Assembly (NCBI GenBank): GCA_034521595.1
Contig: JAXHMG010000003.1
Span: forward strand, 512,001 to 576,000
From: Gemmatimonadota bacterium
Lineage (GTDB): Bacteria; Gemmatimonadota; Gemmatimonadetes; Longimicrobiales; Gaopeijiaceae
Reading direction: 5' to 3'
DNA length: 64,000 bases
Shown here piece after piece: positions 18,830 to 29,481 of the stretch (position 1 is its first letter; each line of letters opens with the position of its first letter). The notes under the pieces were generated by a model that saw only the letters and a list, made by a program, of their open reading frames with translations, was not told the DNA's origin and searched no databases. The position numbers were made by a program, and so were the translations under genes.

Positions 18830-20680
18830 TCAGCCCGTGGCTCGGAGCTCGCCTTCCTGGACGACGCGGAGCGCGACGTCGGTCCTACGGGCTGGAGCGT
18901 TCACGTGGAATCCCTGAACCAGGGGGCGCACGGCTTCGATCGTTTCCAATGCGATCCGGACGCCTTCTTCGAGGGCCCCGTCCTTCCCACCGGACTCTTC
19001 GGCCTCGCGCATGCGCTCCACGACGCGTTCCGGCACCTTGACGCCGGGCATTTCGTTGGCGAGGAACTCGGCGTTTCGTAGGTCCACGAGCGGCCAGATG
19101 CCGGCGATGACCGGGATGGGATGGGGGGCCGCCTCCAGGAAGCGCTCGAGCGCCGTAGGGTCGAAGATCGGCTGTGTGATGGCGAAGTCCGCACCGGCTT
19201 CCACCTTGTAGGAGAACCGACGGAGCTCCCGCTCCTGATCGACCGCGCCCTGGTTGATCGCGATCCCCTGAACGAACTCCGTCGGCTTGCCGATGGAGTT
19301 CCCGCCGGGATCGACACCCCGGTTGAGGCCCTGGATGACGTTGGTGAGCCCGATGGCGTCGATATCGAACACGGCCGTGGCGTCGGGATAAGGGCCCATC
19401 GCCGGGAGGTCCCCCGTGACCACGATCAGGTTGTGGAGACCCGAAGCCGCCGCACCCAGGAGATCCGAGATCATCCCGAGCATGTTCTTGTCCCGACACG
19501 TATAGTGGAGCAGCGTCTCGATCCCGACCTCACGCTCGATGACGGTGCAGGCCGAAAGGGCGCTCATGTGGCTGCGAACCACGGGACTTTCGAGGACTTC
19601 CACGGCGTCCACGCCGGCGACCTTGAGCTCCCTGGCTCGCTCCACGAGCTCGTCTGTCGCCCACCCGTCGGGCGGCAAGAGCTCGACCGAGACCACGGGT
19701 TCGCCCCGTGCCAGCTTCCGGCCCCAGGCTGATCGGTGCTCCAGGGGAACCTTCGCCGCTTCCGCCGGCTCGGCTTCGGGGGGCTCAGCCGGCACTCGAA
19801 TAGACGCGTGCCGCGGCTGTGTCGACGCTACCCCTGCTCGAATCTCGCGGATGTGATCCGGAGTCGTGCCGCAACAACCCCCTACGAAGCGAACGCCCAC
19901 ATCGATCATACGAAGGGCGTATTGCGCCATGTATTCCGGGCTCGCGAGATACATGGTGCGGTCACCGACCGTCCGGGGAAGCCCCGCGTTCGGTTGCGCG
20001 ACCAGCGGAAGCGATGTGGCGTGGGCCATGGCCTCGATCGCGTCCAACATGACGGCGGGCCCGACCGAGCAATTGAGCCCCACCACGTCGACACCGAGGT
20101 CGGTGAGCGCGCGCGCGATCTGTCCGGAATCCGCGCCGTAGGAGGTGCGACCGTCCTGGCCCACCGTCATCTGCGCGACGACGGGAAGGTCGGTGCGTTC
20201 CCGCACGGCTCCGAGGGCACATTCGATCTCGGTCAGGTCGGAGAACGTCTCCAGCACGAGGCCGTGCACGCCCCCTTCGAGGAGCCCGTCGACCTGTCTG
20301 CCGAAGTAGGCACGGGCCTCATCTCGGGAGGTCGGCCCGAACGGCTCGACCCGGATTCCGAGCGGGCCCACCGCACCCGCGACCGAGACCTCGTTGCCCG
20401 CCGCTTCGAGGGCGATCCCGGCCGCGGCCCGGTTGAGCTCTTCGGTGCGGTCGGCCAGACCGTACGCGGAGAGCTTCACCGGGTTGGCGCCGAAAGTGTT
20501 GGTCTCCAGGATCTCGGCGCCCGCGGCCACGTACTCGGCGTGAATGCGCCGGACCGTGTCCGGATGGTCCAGGTTCAGCTCGTCGTAGCAGACATTGACG
20601 AACACGCCCCGACTGTACAAGAGCGTGCCCATCGCGCCGTCGAAGACATGGACCCGACCGTCCTCGATCAGGTGCTTCAA
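18830..20680 (-). CDS. yitJ: Bifunctional homocysteine S-methyltransferase / MTHFR (YitJ-like)
   Basis: [29 protein letters not shown], then [34 protein letters not shown] overlap with metH stop. Confidence 0.9.
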   Translation of the reverse strand: MKHLIEDGRVHVFDGAMGTLLYSRGVFVNVCYDELNLDHPDTVRRIHAEYVAAGAEILETNTFGANPVKLSAYGLADRTEELNRAAAGIALEAAGNEVSVAGAVGPLGIRVEPFGPTSRDEARAYFGRQVDGLLEGGVHGLVLETFSDLTEIECALGAVRERTDLPVVAQMTVGQDGRTSYGADSGQIARALTDLGVDVVGLNCSVGPAVMLDAIEAMAHATSLPLVAQPNAGLPRTVGDRTMYLASPEYMAQYALRMIDVGVRFVGGCCGTTPDHIREIRAGVASTQPRHASIRVPAEPPEAEPAEAAKVPLEHRSAWGRKLARGEPVVSVELLPPDGWATDELVERARELKVAGVDAVEVLESPVVRSHMSALSACTVIEREVGIETLLHYTCRDKNMLGMISDLLGAAASGLHNLIVVTGDLPAMGPYPDATAVFDIDAIGLTNVIQGLNRGVDPGGNSIGKPTEFVQGIAINQGAVDQERELRRFSYKVEAGADFAITQPIFDPTALERFLEAAPHPIPVIAGIWPLVDLRNAEFLANEMPGVKVPERVVERMREAEESGGKDGALEEGVRIALETIEAVRPLVQGFHVNAPARRTDVALRVVQEGELRATG

Positions 20681-23600
20681 CCGTCTTCTCCGGGCTCGTA
20701 GCCGAGGCTGGGCGCGAGCCACTGCTCGGCTTCTTCGACGGTCCAGTCCTTACGGGCCGCGTAGTCCTCGATCTGGTCTCGACCGATGCGCCCGATACCG
20801 AAGTACTTGGAGCTCGGGTGCGAGAAATACCATCCGCTGACCGATGCCGCAGGGTACATGGCAAAGCCGTCGGTGAGCTCGATCCCGACCTTGTTCGTCA
20901 CATCGAGAAGCTCGAAGAGCGTGCGCTTCTCGGTGTGGTCGGGACACGCCGGATAGCCGGGGGCGGGGCGGATGCCCACGTACTCCTCGGCGACGAGTCC
21001 CTCATTGTCCAGATCTTCGTCCGGAGCGTATCCCCAGAGCTCCTGGCGCACCACGGCGTGCATGCGCTCGGCCAGGGCCTCGGCGAGCCGGTCGGCGAGC
21101 GACTTCACCAGGATCGACGCGTAGTCGTCGTTTTCGCTCGCCAGCTTGTCCGCGTACTCCTTGGCACCGAGCCCGGTCGTCACGGCGAAGGCTCCGACCC
21201 AGTCCTCCAGCCCGGTGTCCTCCGGTGCTACGAAGTCGGACAGACAGTAGTTCGCCCTCCCCTTCTTCGCGAATTGCTGCCGGAGGCTATGTAGCGTGGT
21301 GAGCACGTCCTCGCGTCCCTCGTCCTTGAAGACGCGGATGTCGTCACCCACCGCGGAGGCCGGGAAGAGCCCCACTAAGGCGCGGGCTTCCAGGATCTCT
21401 TCCTTCTCGAGGTAATCGAGCATCTCGATCGCGTCGTCGAAGAGCGACTTCGCCTGCGGTCCGACGTCCTCGTCCTCGAAGAGGTCCGGGTACTTCCCCG
21501 GAACCTCCCAGGCCTGGAAGAACGGGGTCCAGTCGATGTAGCGCCGGATCTCCGAGATCGGGATGTCGTTGAACTCGTGGATGCCCGGCTTGTTGGGCGT
21601 GGGCGGGGTGTAGCCGTCCCACTCCGGTTTGTGTGCGCGTCGGCGCGCTTCTCCGATGGGTAGGAGCTTGGTGCGCGCCTGTCGGCCGGCGCGCCGTTCC
21701 CGCTCGGCCTGGTAGTCGGCCGTCACCTCTTCGAGATAGCCTTCCTTCTTGTTGGGATCCAGGAGCTTGCCCACGACGCCGACCGCGCGGGAAGCGTCGA
21801 GCACGTGGACGGTCGGGCCGTCGTAGCCGTCCACGATCTTGATGGCGGTGTGGGCTTTCGACGTGGTCGCGCCACCGATCAGCAGCGGGATGGTGAAGTC
21901 CTCCCGCTGCATCTCCTTGGCGACGTGGACCATCTGGTCCAGGGAGGGCGTGATCAGACCCGAGAGCCCGATGATGTCCACCTCCTCGTCGCGCGCCGTA
22001 TCCAGGATCTTGTCCGACGGCACCATCACGCCCAAGTCGACCGTGTCGTAGCCGTTACACTCGAGCACCACGCCCACGATGTTCTTGCCGATGTCGTGAA
22101 CGTCGCCCTTCACGGTGGCGAGCAGAACCTTCCCCTTCTTCTCCCCTTCCTTCTTCTCCGCCTCGAGGAACGGGAAGAGGTAAGCCACGGCCTTCTTCAT
22201 GACCCGGGCGCTCTTCACGACCTGCGGGAGAAACATCTTCCCTTCGCCGAAGAGGTCGCCCACGACGTTCATGCCGTCCATGAGTGGCCCTTCGATGACG
22301 TCGAGGGCTCCGGGCAAGGCCTGTCTGGCCTCCTCCGCGTCTTCCTCCACGTACTGGTCGATTCCCTTCACGAGCGAGTGCGACAACCGCTCGAAGACGG
22401 GAAGCTCCCGCCAGGCCAGGTCCTCCTCGTCACGCCGCTCTTCGCTTCCGCTCCGTTCCTCCGCGATGCGGGTCAGCACCTCGGTGGCTTCGGGGTCGCG
22501 GTTGAAGAGCACGTCCTCGATCGGTTTTAGCAGATCCTCGGGGATCTCGTCGTAGATCGGGAGGGCGCCCGCGTTCACGATGGCCATGTCGAGACCGGCC
22601 TTGATCGCGTGGTAGAGGAACGCCGCGTGCATGGCCTCGCGGACCTCCGGGCTTCCCCGGAAGGAGAACGAGACGTTGCTCACACCGCCACTGGTGAGCG
22701 CGTGCGGGCACGCTTCCTTGATCCGCTTCAGCGACTCGATGAAGTCGATCGCGTACTCGTTGTGCTCTTCCATCCCCGTCGCGATCGCGAAGATGTTCGC
22801 GTCGAAGATGATGTCTTCGGGCGGGAATCCTTCTTCCTCGACGAGGATGCGGTACGCGCGCGTGCACACCTTCACGCGCCGCTCGATCGTATCGGCCTGG
22901 CCCTCTTCGTCGAAGGCCATGACGACGGCCGCGGCGCCGTATCGGCGCAGGAGCCGGGCCTGCTCCCGGAACTCGTCCTCGCCTTCCTTCATCGAGATGG
23001 AGTTCACCACGCCCTTGCCCTGCAGGGTGCGAAGTCCCTCCTCGATGATGTCCCACTTCGACGAGTCGACCATCACCGGGATCCGCGCGATTTCCGGCTC
23101 GCCCGCGAGCAGGTTGAGGAAATGCTTCATCGCCGCCTGGGAATCGAGCAGCCCTTCGTCCATGTTGACGTCGATGATCTGCGCGCCGCCCTCGACCTGC
23201 TGGCGCGCGACCTCGATGGCCGTCTCGTAGTCCTCGTCCCGGATGAGACGGGCGAAGCGCCGAGAACCGGTCACGTTGGTGCGCTCTCCGATGTTCACGA
23301 AGAGCGAATCGGGTCCGATGTTGAGCGGCTCGAGCCCGGACAACCGGGTGCGTGGGGGCTTCTCTTCGAATTGGCGCGGCTCGACGCCGTCCACCGCGGC
23401 CGCGATGGCGCTGATATGCTCCGGAGTGGTGCCGCAGCAGCCGCCGACGATGTTCAGGAACCCGGCCTCGGCGAAGTCGCGGGTCAGCTCCGCCATGTGC
23501 TCCGGCGTGTCCTCGTAGTCACCGAACTCGTTCGGCAGCCCGGCGTTCGCGTAGAGGCTGACCGGCATCTCGGCTACATCGGAGAGTTCCTCGATGTGCG

Positions 23601-24381
23601 GGCGCAGCTCGTCGATGCCGAGTGCGCAGTTCAGGCCGACGGAGAGGAGTCCGGAAGCCCGTCCCGGGCCGGGCTGCACGCCGTGGGAGACCGAGTTGTA
23701 GAACGCTTCCGGGGTCTGACCCGAGAGCGTCCGTCCGCTCCGGTCCGTGATCGTGCCCGACACCATGACCGGCAGGTCCTTTTCGAGCTCGGCGAGAACC
23801 TCCGAGACTGCGAACAGCGCGGCCTTTGCGTTGAGCGTGTCGAAGACGGTCTCGATGAGGAGCGCGTCCACGCCGCCGCGAATCAGGCCCCGGGTCTGCT
23901 CCGAATACGCCACCACGAGCTCTTCGAAGGTGACATTGCGGGCCGAGGGATCGCCGACGTCCGGTGAGATAGAGGCGGTCCGGTTGGTGGGCCCGATGGC
24001 GCCGAGCACCCACCGCGGCCGGTCCGGGTTCTGCTCCGTGACCGCTTCGGCCGCCCGGCGGGCCACACGTGCGGCCTCTTCGTTCAACTCCTCGGCGATT
24101 TCGCTGAGATCGTAATCCTCGAGCGAGATCCGGTTGGCGTTAAAGGTGTTCGTCTCGATCAGATCGGCGCCTGCTTCCAGGAACGACCGATGGATCTCTT
24201 CGATCACGTCCGGGCGCGTGATGCAGAGTAGATCGTTCGAGCCCATGAGGTCCGCGTCTACGTCGGCGAACCGACTCCCGCGAAAATCATCCTCTTCGAG
24301 TTGGTACCGCTGGATCATCGTGCCCATGGCTCCGTCGAGAACCAGAATCCGACGCTCCAGGTGCTGCTGTATGGTATCGAT
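20677..24381 (-). CDS. metH: Cobalamin-dependent methionine synthase (probable non-AUG start; first ATG at 24327 lies inside the conserved motif)
   Basis: [62 protein letters not shown]. Confidence 0.97.
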   Translation of the reverse strand: MDTIQQHLERRILVLDGAMGTMIQRYQLEEDDFRGSRFADVDADLMGSNDLLCITRPDVIEEIHRSFLEAGADLIETNTFNANRISLEDYDLSEIAEELNEEAARVARRAAEAVTEQNPDRPRWVLGAIGPTNRTASISPDVGDPSARNVTFEELVVAYSEQTRGLIRGGVDALLIETVFDTLNAKAALFAVSEVLAELEKDLPVMVSGTITDRSGRTLSGQTPEAFYNSVSHGVQPGPGRASGLLSVGLNCALGIDELRPHIEELSDVAEMPVSLYANAGLPNEFGDYEDTPEHMAELTRDFAEAGFLNIVGGCCGTTPEHISAIAAAVDGVEPRQFEEKPPRTRLSGLEPLNIGPDSLFVNIGERTNVTGSRRFARLIRDEDYETAIEVARQQVEGGAQIIDVNMDEGLLDSQAAMKHFLNLLAGEPEIARIPVMVDSSKWDIIEEGLRTLQGKGVVNSISMKEGEDEFREQARLLRRYGAAAVVMAFDEEGQADTIERRVKVCTRAYRILVEEEGFPPEDIIFDANIFAIATGMEEHNEYAIDFIESLKRIKEACPHALTSGGVSNVSFSFRGSPEVREAMHAAFLYHAIKAGLDMAIVNAGALPIYDEIPEDLLKPIEDVLFNRDPEATEVLTRIAEERSGSEERRDEEDLAWRELPVFERLSHSLVKGIDQYVEEDAEEARQALPGALDVIEGPLMDGMNVVGDLFGEGKMFLPQVVKSARVMKKAVAYLFPFLEAEKKEGEKKGKVLLATVKGDVHDIGKNIVGVVLECNGYDTVDLGVMVPSDKILDTARDEEVDIIGLSGLITPSLDQMVHVAKEMQREDFTIPLLIGGATTSKAHTAIKIVDGYDGPTVHVLDASRAVGVVGKLLDPNKKEGYLEEVTADYQAERERRAGRQARTKLLPIGEARRRAHKPEWDGYTPPTPNKPGIHEFNDIPISEIRRYIDWTPFFQAWEVPGKYPDLFEDEDVGPQAKSLFDDAIEMLDYLEKEEILEARALVGLFPASAVGDDIRVFKDEGREDVLTTLHSLRQQFAKKGRANYCLSDFVAPEDTGLEDWVGAFAVTTGLGAKEYADKLASENDDYASILVKSLADRLAEALAERMHAVVRQELWGYAPDEDLDNEGLVAEEYVGIRPAPGYPACPDHTEKRTLFELLDVTNKVGIELTDGFAMYPAASVSGWYFSHPSSKYFGIGRIGRDQIEDYAARKDWTVEEAEQWLAPSLGYEPGEDG

Positions 24382-24410
24382 CTCTATGCCTCACTCGTCT
24401 GAATGAAACG

Positions 24411-24443
24411 TAAAAACCCCGTCGCGGGTGTTCGCGAAGGGGC
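24411..24443 (-). terminator. Intrinsic terminator/attenuator in the metH leader
   Basis: Minus strand CCCC-TTCGCG-aacacc-CGCGA-c-GGGG followed by TTTTT. Confidence 0.7.
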
Positions 24444-24520
24444 CGGGCGTTTTAGCTCGTTTACGCACGAACCCTGAAGGACTCGCGACGCGGGCCGCAA
24501 TATGCCGCAAATCGCCCCGT
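24444..24520 (-). ncRNA. SAM-II class riboswitch aptamer with inserted hairpin
   Basis: Minus strand ACG-GGGC-GATTTG-cggcata-TTGC-G-GCCC-g-CGT-[hairpin]-TAAACGA-GCTAAA-acgcc, upstream of metH. Confidence 0.8.
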
Positions 24521-24537
24521 TTAATTTGTATCCCCCA

Positions 24538-24566
24538 AAGCTAGCGGACTTCCCGGTGCGATCCAA
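24538..24566 (-). promoter_or_regulatory. Putative sigma70 promoter for the metH operon (TTGGAT-N17-TAGCTT)
   Basis: Consensus-like boxes with a 17-nt spacer just upstream of the riboswitch. Confidence 0.5.
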
Positions 24567-24590
24567 GAGCGAGGGCTCACCCGGGTTGGT

Positions 24591-27264
24591 TCAGCGACCC
24601 AGCCAGTACGAGAGCTTCACCATGAAGACATCGCGTGGCGCGACACCGAAGAGGTTACCGAGGTCTCGAGACAGATCGAAATCTCCGAGACCCGCGGAGT
24701 CGTCCCGCCCCTGGGACCACACGAGGAAGAGCGTGGAGCCCGGCCGAAACTCCCATCGGAGCACCGCGTTCGATCGGAACCGTCTCACGTTGAAGTCCGG
24801 GTCGTCGAAGGACTCTTCGGTCGCGTCTCGGTCCAGGTCCGCGTAGTACGTGCGCCCGTCGCGGCGGGGGGCCAGCGGCTCGAAGCGGTCCGCGTACCGC
24901 TCGGCCCTTGGATTGGCCACCGTCTTGAAGTCGCCGTAACGGCCGGCGCTCACGAATGGTTGCGCGTAGAGTTGGAGGGAGACGGTCGGCGTGAAGGCGT
25001 AGTCGGCCCGGACGGTCACGCCGATGGTCGTCTGATGGAGGCGACCGAAGAGGTAGTGTGGCGCGTCCGTCTCGATCTTGCCGACCCATTGACGGTCGTC
25101 GACGCGCCGGTTCACGAACGTTCCGAGATTGAACGTCGCTCGGTCGGACGGTCGGATGCGGACGTTCGGCGAGAGGTTGAGCGCCCACGAGTCGCTGGCC
25201 GGGCGGACGTTCCCCGAGCCGTTCACGTTCAGCTGCACGGGCTTGCGCCCGTCCGTTCCGAATCCGCCCCAGAAGTTCGTCTGCGCCTCCCTACGGAACA
25301 TCGGTCCACCGCGCAGCGTGCCGGCATCGAGCGTCTCGAGGTTGCTGTTCACACCGGCCCAGGCGTTCCAGAAATTCTGGAACTGCACGTTGGCGTTGAC
25401 GTTGCCTCCCGTCCCGGTTCCGGCGCCTTCGTAGTTCCAGTTGTTCCACGCGGTGAGGTTGAGGGACCAACGGCGGAAGGGGCCCTGCGGGGCATTGTGG
25501 TGATAGCCGAGCCACCCCCAATGCGTGAGGTAGTCCGCGCTGTTCATGAAGCCGAGATCGTTCACTTCGAACCCGGGCGAGCGGGTCTGAAGCCCCGTGG
25601 CGAAGCGCCAATAACCTCCGGCGACCTTGCTGATGGACAGATCCGCGGCCGCGCCCGTGAGGGTGGTGCGCTCCGGATCGAAGGTGACGTGCTCCGCATC
25701 GGGCCGCTGGAAGTACCGAGCGGGGGAGCGCTGCGTTCGTGCGATCGCGTCCGGCGAGCCGCGGACGTGACTGCCCAGCACGTAACCCGAGAGCTCCCAG
25801 CGCTCGTCCGCGAAGCGGTGTCGGAAGTCCAGTCCACCGCTGTAGGCTTCCGACCGCAGCTTCAGGGCTTCGGCCGTGGCCCCGTCTCGACGGGTTCCGG
25901 TCCCGATCATCCCGATGGCCGAGCGTCCCTCGCGGAAGTCTTTCTGGATCCGTAGGACTCCGTAGTTCGTGAGCGGCTCGACCGGTTCTTCGTACCTCGC
26001 GCCCTGTTCGGGAGCGACACGGGCGCTCTCTTCGGAGGTCAGGGCGTGGAGCGCTCCGATGGACCACCCTCCGGCCGTCTTGCCGGAAAGCTTCCACGCT
26101 CCGTAGATCGACGTCCTGTCGTCCGCTTCGGAGAAAGCGTCGTTCGCCTCCACGCTGCCCTGAGGTGCCCGTCCGATCCGGCGTGAATAGAAGAGAGACT
26201 CGTTGGCACCGTCTCCGTCTCCGATCCCGAGCGAAAAGTTGAAGATGCTGGACCCTTCGACGAAGAACGGTCGCCGTTCGGGAAGAAACGTTTCGAAGGC
26301 CGAGAGATTCACCTGTGCCGGGTCCGCCTCGACCTGACCGAAGTCGGGGTTGAGCGTAACGTCGAGGGTGAGATCCGGGGTGAGGCCGTACTTGAGGTTC
26401 GCACCCACCTGACCCAACGGGTCGTTGGGGCGATGGAACGGATTCTCCGGGTCTCCGGGAGCGCGCTCGAGCCCGCCCAGCGTGTACGGAAGGAGCTCGA
26501 GCCGGCTCGGAGTGTCGAGCTCACGGATCCCACGGAGCTCGCCGAAGCGGGAAACGAGAGCATTCGCCGACCGGGGCGTGGGGGACCAGAGAGCCATTTC
26601 CTGGTTCCGGGCGATTTCCCGGACGAAGTTGATGCCCCAGGTTTGCGTGGACTCGTCGCGGAAGCGGAGCTGAGAGTACGGAATCCGGAATTCCGCGGAC
26701 CACCCGTCGTCGCTCACCTCCGTGGCGACGTCCCAGACCGCGTCCCAGCCCGAATCCTCGGACGTGTCGTCGAAGTGGTAGACGTCGTGCTTCACCCCGA
26801 CCGGGTTGACGCTGAACTGGAAGGCGGTGCGTCGATCGTGGTACGAATCGATCGCGACGCCCAGGAGATCGGAGTGGGAGCGCTGGTCACGCCGCGTGAG
26901 CTGACCCACGATCTCCTCGGGCCGGGGCTCGAAAGCCTTCATGTGAACGTACAGCGACCGGTCACCGTAGAGCACGCGAGCCTCCGTGCGCTGCGACGCG
27001 GGGGCGCCTTCCCGGGGCGCCAGCTGCACGAACTCCGTGGCCACTTCGGCGGATTGCCACGCGGCTTCGTCGGCGCGTCCGTCGATCTCGATCGTCTGAT
27101 CGGTCACCGGTGCCGCCTGCAACGTGCGCAGGGCCGATGGGCTTGCGGTCTCCGCGCCGTCGCCGACGCCGTTGGTCGGTCCGTCCTGGAAGGCCGCCGC
27201 CTCCACGCTCGAACACGCCATCGCGAGCCCCACGACGGTCACCACTCTGCACCGCGTCCACATC
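24591..27264 (-). CDS. CBM9-like domain + DUF5916 outer-membrane protein
   Basis: IDGRADEAAW, DSYHDRRTAFQFSVNPVG, WSAEFRIP, NPDFGQVEAD, ERRPFFVEG, LFYSRRIG, C-terminal KLSYW; start uncertain. Confidence 0.88.
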
Positions 27265-27476
27265 ATCCTCATCCTCATCCCGTTCGACTCCCTGCTCGAT
27301 TCGTGTGCGGCCGGCGTCCTGGTCGGTCGACGGTCCATGACGGCAGCCATTTATTACGACGGTCTCGACGCGACGATGGTTGCGTCGGGACGGACCTCCC
27401 TACGTAGTTTCCCGAGATATGGTTTCCGATGCCGGCGGAGGGTGCCGGCGCCTCGTCGTCCCCGTCCCCGTGCTTC

Positions 27477-28358
27477 ATGTCTCGTTGGCCGCCGCCCCCA
27501 TCCGCCGACACGGCGTTCTACAAGGCCCACGGACTCGGCAACGACTACCTCGTATTCGAGGAAGGGGACGCTTGGACGCTCACGCCGGAGCGTGTGGCCC
27601 GGATCTGCGATCCGCACCGAGGGGTGGGCTCGGACGGCATCGTGGTGCTGCTGCGCGACCGCTCGGGGGGCGTGTACCGGGCCAGGATGTTCAACCCGGA
27701 CGGGTCGGAGTTCGAGCGGAGCGGAAACGGGCTCCGCGTGCTGGCGGGCTATCTGACGCGGGGCGCTCCCGGGCGGGACGAGTTCCCGGTGGAAGTGGGC
27801 GGAAGACGGGTGACGCTCCACGTGCACGGTCGGGAGGCAGCGAGGGTGGACGTGTCCGTGGACATGGGTCGGGCCGAGACCGGGCCGGCCGCCATCGCGA
27901 TGGATCCGGAGGCCCTCGACCGGGAAGGAATCATGGTCGGGCCGGACGGGGACCTGTTGGCGGTCGTGCCCGTCTCCGTCGGCAATCCGCACCTGGTCGT
28001 GTCGTGCGACGAGCTCAGCGAGGAGGGGCTCAGGCGCATCGGCGCGTACCTGGTCGCGCATCCGGCGCTCGAGCACGGGGCCAACGTACAGCTCGCGAGC
28101 CGGGCCGCTCCGGGAGTCGTTCGAGCGCTGGTATGGGAACGTGGCGTGGGACCGACGAGCGCCTCAGGCACGAGCGCGTGCGCGGTGGCCGTGGCCGCTG
28201 TCGTCCGGGGGTGGGAGCCGCCGTCCGAGCTCCGGGTCGAGATGCCCGGAGGGGCGCTCACGGTCGCGGTTTCCGCCGAGCTCGACCTGCGCCTGCGGGG
28301 ACCGGTCGAAGAAGTCTGTACCGGTACCCTGTTGGACCTCATGAAAACGGCCCCGTGA
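27477..28358 (+). CDS. dapF: Diaminopimelate epimerase-like protein (both catalytic Cys replaced by Ser)
   Basis: FYKAHGLGNDY, GVGSDG, NPDGSE-x-SGNG, GNPH, NVQ, WERGVG-T-ASGTSAC, MPGG. Confidence 0.85.
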   Translation: MSRWPPPPSADTAFYKAHGLGNDYLVFEEGDAWTLTPERVARICDPHRGVGSDGIVVLLRDRSGGVYRARMFNPDGSEFERSGNGLRVLAGYLTRGAPGRDEFPVEVGGRRVTLHVHGREAARVDVSVDMGRAETGPAAIAMDPEALDREGIMVGPDGDLLAVVPVSVGNPHLVVSCDELSEEGLRRIGAYLVAHPALEHGANVQLASRAAPGVVRALVWERGVGPTSASGTSACAVAVAAVVRGWEPPSELRVEMPGGALTVAVSAELDLRLRGPVEEVCTGTLLDLMKTAP

Positions 28359-28413
28359 AACGCCCTTCAGGAACGGTGAGGGGTGATGCGAGGTCGGGCT
28401 TCTGCCGGGGGCG

Positions 28414-29481
28414 TCAGGTGCGCACGCGGGCCAGCAGCGCGAGCGCGCCGACGAAGAAGAGCACGTTGGGGGTCCACGCGGCGGCCATCGGAGACACGGC
28501 ACCCGCCTCACCGAGCGCTCCCGACACCTTGAAGAGCATCATGTACAGGATCACGATGCCGAGTGAGATGCCGATGCCGAACGCCGTGCCTCCACGGCGG
28601 CTGCTCGTGGCGAGCGGAGCTCCGAAGAGGATGATGACCAGGGTGGCCACGGGGATCGCCAGCTTCTCCTCACGCTTCACGAGAAGCCGGTTCGCGTCTC
28701 CGCCGGATCTCTCGATGATGGACGCGAGGCGCTCGATCTCGGCGTAAGTCATCTCGTCGGGCTCGCGCGGTGATTCCAGGAGCTCTTCGGGACGTTCGGT
28801 GAGGTCGGGCAAGACGATGCGGTCGAACTCGAGCGTGTGCTCTCGCCCGTCCGATCCCAAGCGGCGCACGTACCCTTGCTGGAGGGTCCAGCCAACGTCG
28901 TCCTGCCAGTAAGCGCTCTCGGCCAGCACATGGAGGCCGGGCTCACCCGGCTTCGGCGGCCGCTCGACGATGACGCCGGTCATGCGTCCGGTGGAGGCCG
29001 TGAGGCGTGAGACCTGCCAGGTGAGGCCGCTCTCCGAGCGGTACACGAAGTCCGACCGCCACTGCCGGGTAGGGTTCTCGTTCTGGAGAATCCGTGACGC
29101 CACCCGGTTCGCGCGCGGGACGAGGTCGCCGAGGGCGAGCGCGACGCCGGTCAGGAGCGCGCCCACCACGAACAGGGGGGCGACCACACGGTGGAACGAG
29201 ACGCCGCCGGCCTTCGCGGCGACGATCTCACGGTGGGCCGTCATCGAGTGCACGGTGAACACCGTGGCCACCAACGCGGCGATCGGGAACGACCACTGGA
29301 AGAACAGCGGGAGCTGGAAGACGTAGGCCTGCACCACTTCGAATCCGGTCACGCCTCGGTCGAGGTACCCGTCGACGTTCTCGGTGACGTCTCCGAGGAT
29401 GAAGAGGGGAGGCGCGGCCACCAGCACGAGGAAGAAGAGCTTCAGGAAGGTCCGGGCGACCAGCCGATCCAGAATCCTCAT
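28414..29481 (-). CDS. lptG: LPS export ABC transporter permease LptG
   Basis: MRILDRL, HREIVAAKAGGVS, PDEMT, EKLAIP, AAWTPN; ATGA overlap with lptF. Confidence 0.85.
   Translation of the reverse strand: MRILDRLVARTFLKLFFLVLVAAPPLFILGDVTENVDGYLDRGVTGFEVVQAYVFQLPLFFQWSFPIAALVATVFTVHSMTAHREIVAAKAGGVSFHRVVAPLFVVGALLTGVALALGDLVPRANRVASRILQNENPTRQWRSDFVYRSESGLTWQVSRLTASTGRMTGVIVERPPKPGEPGLHVLAESAYWQDDVGWTLQQGYVRRLGSDGREHTLEFDRIVLPDLTERPEELLESPREPDEMTYAEIERLASIIERSGGDANRLLVKREEKLAIPVATLVIILFGAPLATSSRRGGTAFGIGISLGIVILYMMLFKVSGALGEAGAVSPMAAAWTPNVLFFVGALALLARVRT

Noticed and set aside
24391-24393. In-frame TGA upstream of metH as selenocysteine/readthrough
   Set aside because: Lies in the leader before any conserved sequence; no catalytic Cys position or SECIS context
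27260-27281. CATCCT/CAT short tandem repeat
   Set aside because: Only 2-3 units near a start region; too short to imply phase variation
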